From IMG/VR virus record IMGVR_UViG_3300027607_000106, positions 1 through 56,094 of that record: a DNA stretch of 56,094 bases; one strand, written 5' to 3'. How positions within the stretch are numbered: position 1 is the stretch's first letter; every line of letters starts with the position of its first letter. The notes below the pieces were generated by a model. The model made no database searches, was not told the origin of the DNA, and saw only the letters and a program-made list of their open reading frames with translations. Positions 54,994-56,094 of the stretch are shown in pieces. The position numbers and the translations under genes were made by a program. The stretch is from a virus (lineage: Duplodnaviria > Caudoviricetes).

Positions 54994-56094
54994 ATGGCGG
55001 CGCGGGTGGCTCTGGTCAATTTCCCGAAAGTGAAGAAGTACAAGAGCCGTCACGGTCGAATCTATTTCTACCATCGCCCGACCGGAACACGACTTCCCGA
55101 CGACCCTACGACGCCAGAGTTCGCCGAGGCCTACGCCCGGGCTGAAAAGCAAGGCCAGTCCAAGCCGGACACCCCATTGCAAGATGGGAAACGCCCGAAG
55201 TTTCCGCATGGAAGCTTCGGCGCTGTCGTCGAGGAGTTCATCGCATCAGGCGAGTTCAAGGACCTGAAGCCATCCACAAAGTACGAATACCAGCGCGTCC
55301 TGCGCAGCCTTGCCGATGCCGGGCATGGCAACAAGCCAATCCGGATGATGCAGCGGCGGCATGTCCGGAAGATGCGCGACGAGCGCGCGGACACGCCAGG
55401 TGCCGCAAACACCGTCGTGCGCCACGTCCGCCGGCTGCTGAGCTTCGCTGTCGAGGAGGAGTATCGGGCCGACAACCCCGCGCTCAGATTGAAGCTTCTG
55501 AAGGTGGGAGAATGGCGCGCGTGGACGGACGAGGAGCAATCCGCGTTCGAGGCCCGATGGCCATCCGGTTCGATGGAACGACGCGCCTATTCGCTCGCCC
55601 TGTATACCGGTCAGCGCCGCGCTGATCTGGTGTCCATGACGCAGGCGGATCGAAAGTCCGGCGCGATCTGTGTCGTGCAGAGCAAGACCGACGAGCGATT
55701 GTGGGTTCCCGAGCACCCCACCCTTTCGGAGGAACTCCGCGCGATCGACCACATGAGCTTGCTCTACACCTCGAAAGGCAAGGCGTTCGATCCGGTCTAT
55801 TTCGGAGCATGGTTCGCAGAAGCGATCGACAAAGCCAAGCTGCCGGATGATTGCGTGCTGCACGGCCTCCGGGCGTCCGCGGCGACACGCCTCGCCGATG
55901 CCGGATGCGACGACAAGGACATCATGGCGATCACCGGTCACCAGTCGCCGCAGATGGTGAAGAAATACACCAAGGCAGCGGATCAAAAGAAGCGCGCCGA
56001 GAGCGCCATGCAGAAGGTAAAAAGGTTAGACGCTGGCCGGAAAGCGGCATTGAAAAACAACGACAAATCCGGATCGGCGAAAACCCGAGGTTAG
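54994..56094 (+). CDS. int: Tyrosine integrase
   Basis: Catalytic residues intact: YTGQR, QSKT, HGLR, ITGH and KKYT. Confidence 0.95.
   Translation: MAARVALVNFPKVKKYKSRHGRIYFYHRPTGTRLPDDPTTPEFAEAYARAEKQGQSKPDTPLQDGKRPKFPHGSFGAVVEEFIASGEFKDLKPSTKYEYQRVLRSLADAGHGNKPIRMMQRRHVRKMRDERADTPGAANTVVRHVRRLLSFAVEEEYRADNPALRLKLLKVGEWRAWTDEEQSAFEARWPSGSMERRAYSLALYTGQRRADLVSMTQADRKSGAICVVQSKTDERLWVPEHPTLSEELRAIDHMSLLYTSKGKAFDPVYFGAWFAEAIDKAKLPDDCVLHGLRASAATRLADAGCDDKDIMAITGHQSPQMVKKYTKAADQKKRAESAMQKVKRLDAGRKAALKNNDKSGSAKTRG

Larger units (their letters stand above)
1..56094. mobile_element. Temperate siphovirus prophage (HK97-type head, lambda-like tail); both ends lie outside or at the window edges
   Basis: Continuous lambdoid gene order from tail fibre to integrase. 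Confidence 0.95.

Noticed and set aside
1-56094. CRISPR array, rRNA, IS transposase, holin/spanin cassette
   Set aside because: No regularly spaced repeat-spacer array or matching motifs seen. Lysis genes probably lie beyond the left edge.

Overview
The window is almost all of one temperate HK97/lambda-type siphovirus prophage, GC-rich and most likely in an alphaproteobacterial (Rhizobiales-like) host, judged from the GcrA and CtrA-like genes. The minus strand carries, from right to left, cro, an initiator-type tRNA-Met, a cII-like gene, a RuvC-like resolvase, CtrA-like and GcrA regulators, three DNA methyltransferases, two helicases, an initiator and primase, a NusG-type antiterminator, HNH, terminases, portal, protease, capsid and tail genes. 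The tail fibre runs off the left edge. The plus strand carries cI, the early-left operon (RecT, ASCH, HNH, Lar, XF1762, MazG-like), excisionase and a tyrosine integrase ending at the last base. att sites and a holin/spanin cassette are not visible. The best leads are four. (1) Two paralogous stand-alone, catalytically degenerate S24 domains that share an upstream motif, alongside a CI whose catalytic Lys appears replaced by Asn. (2) A phage tRNA-fMet immediately followed by a hairpin whose loop is antisense to the typical alphaproteobacterial initiator-tRNA anticodon arm. (3) A moron pairing a BTAD/TPR regulator with an apparent promoter-RBS-pentapeptide (MLSCG)-hairpin unit. (4) A GapR-like/CtrA-like/GcrA/MT-A70 cell-cycle mimic block. 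Family assignments come from motif recognition by eye; no searches were run.
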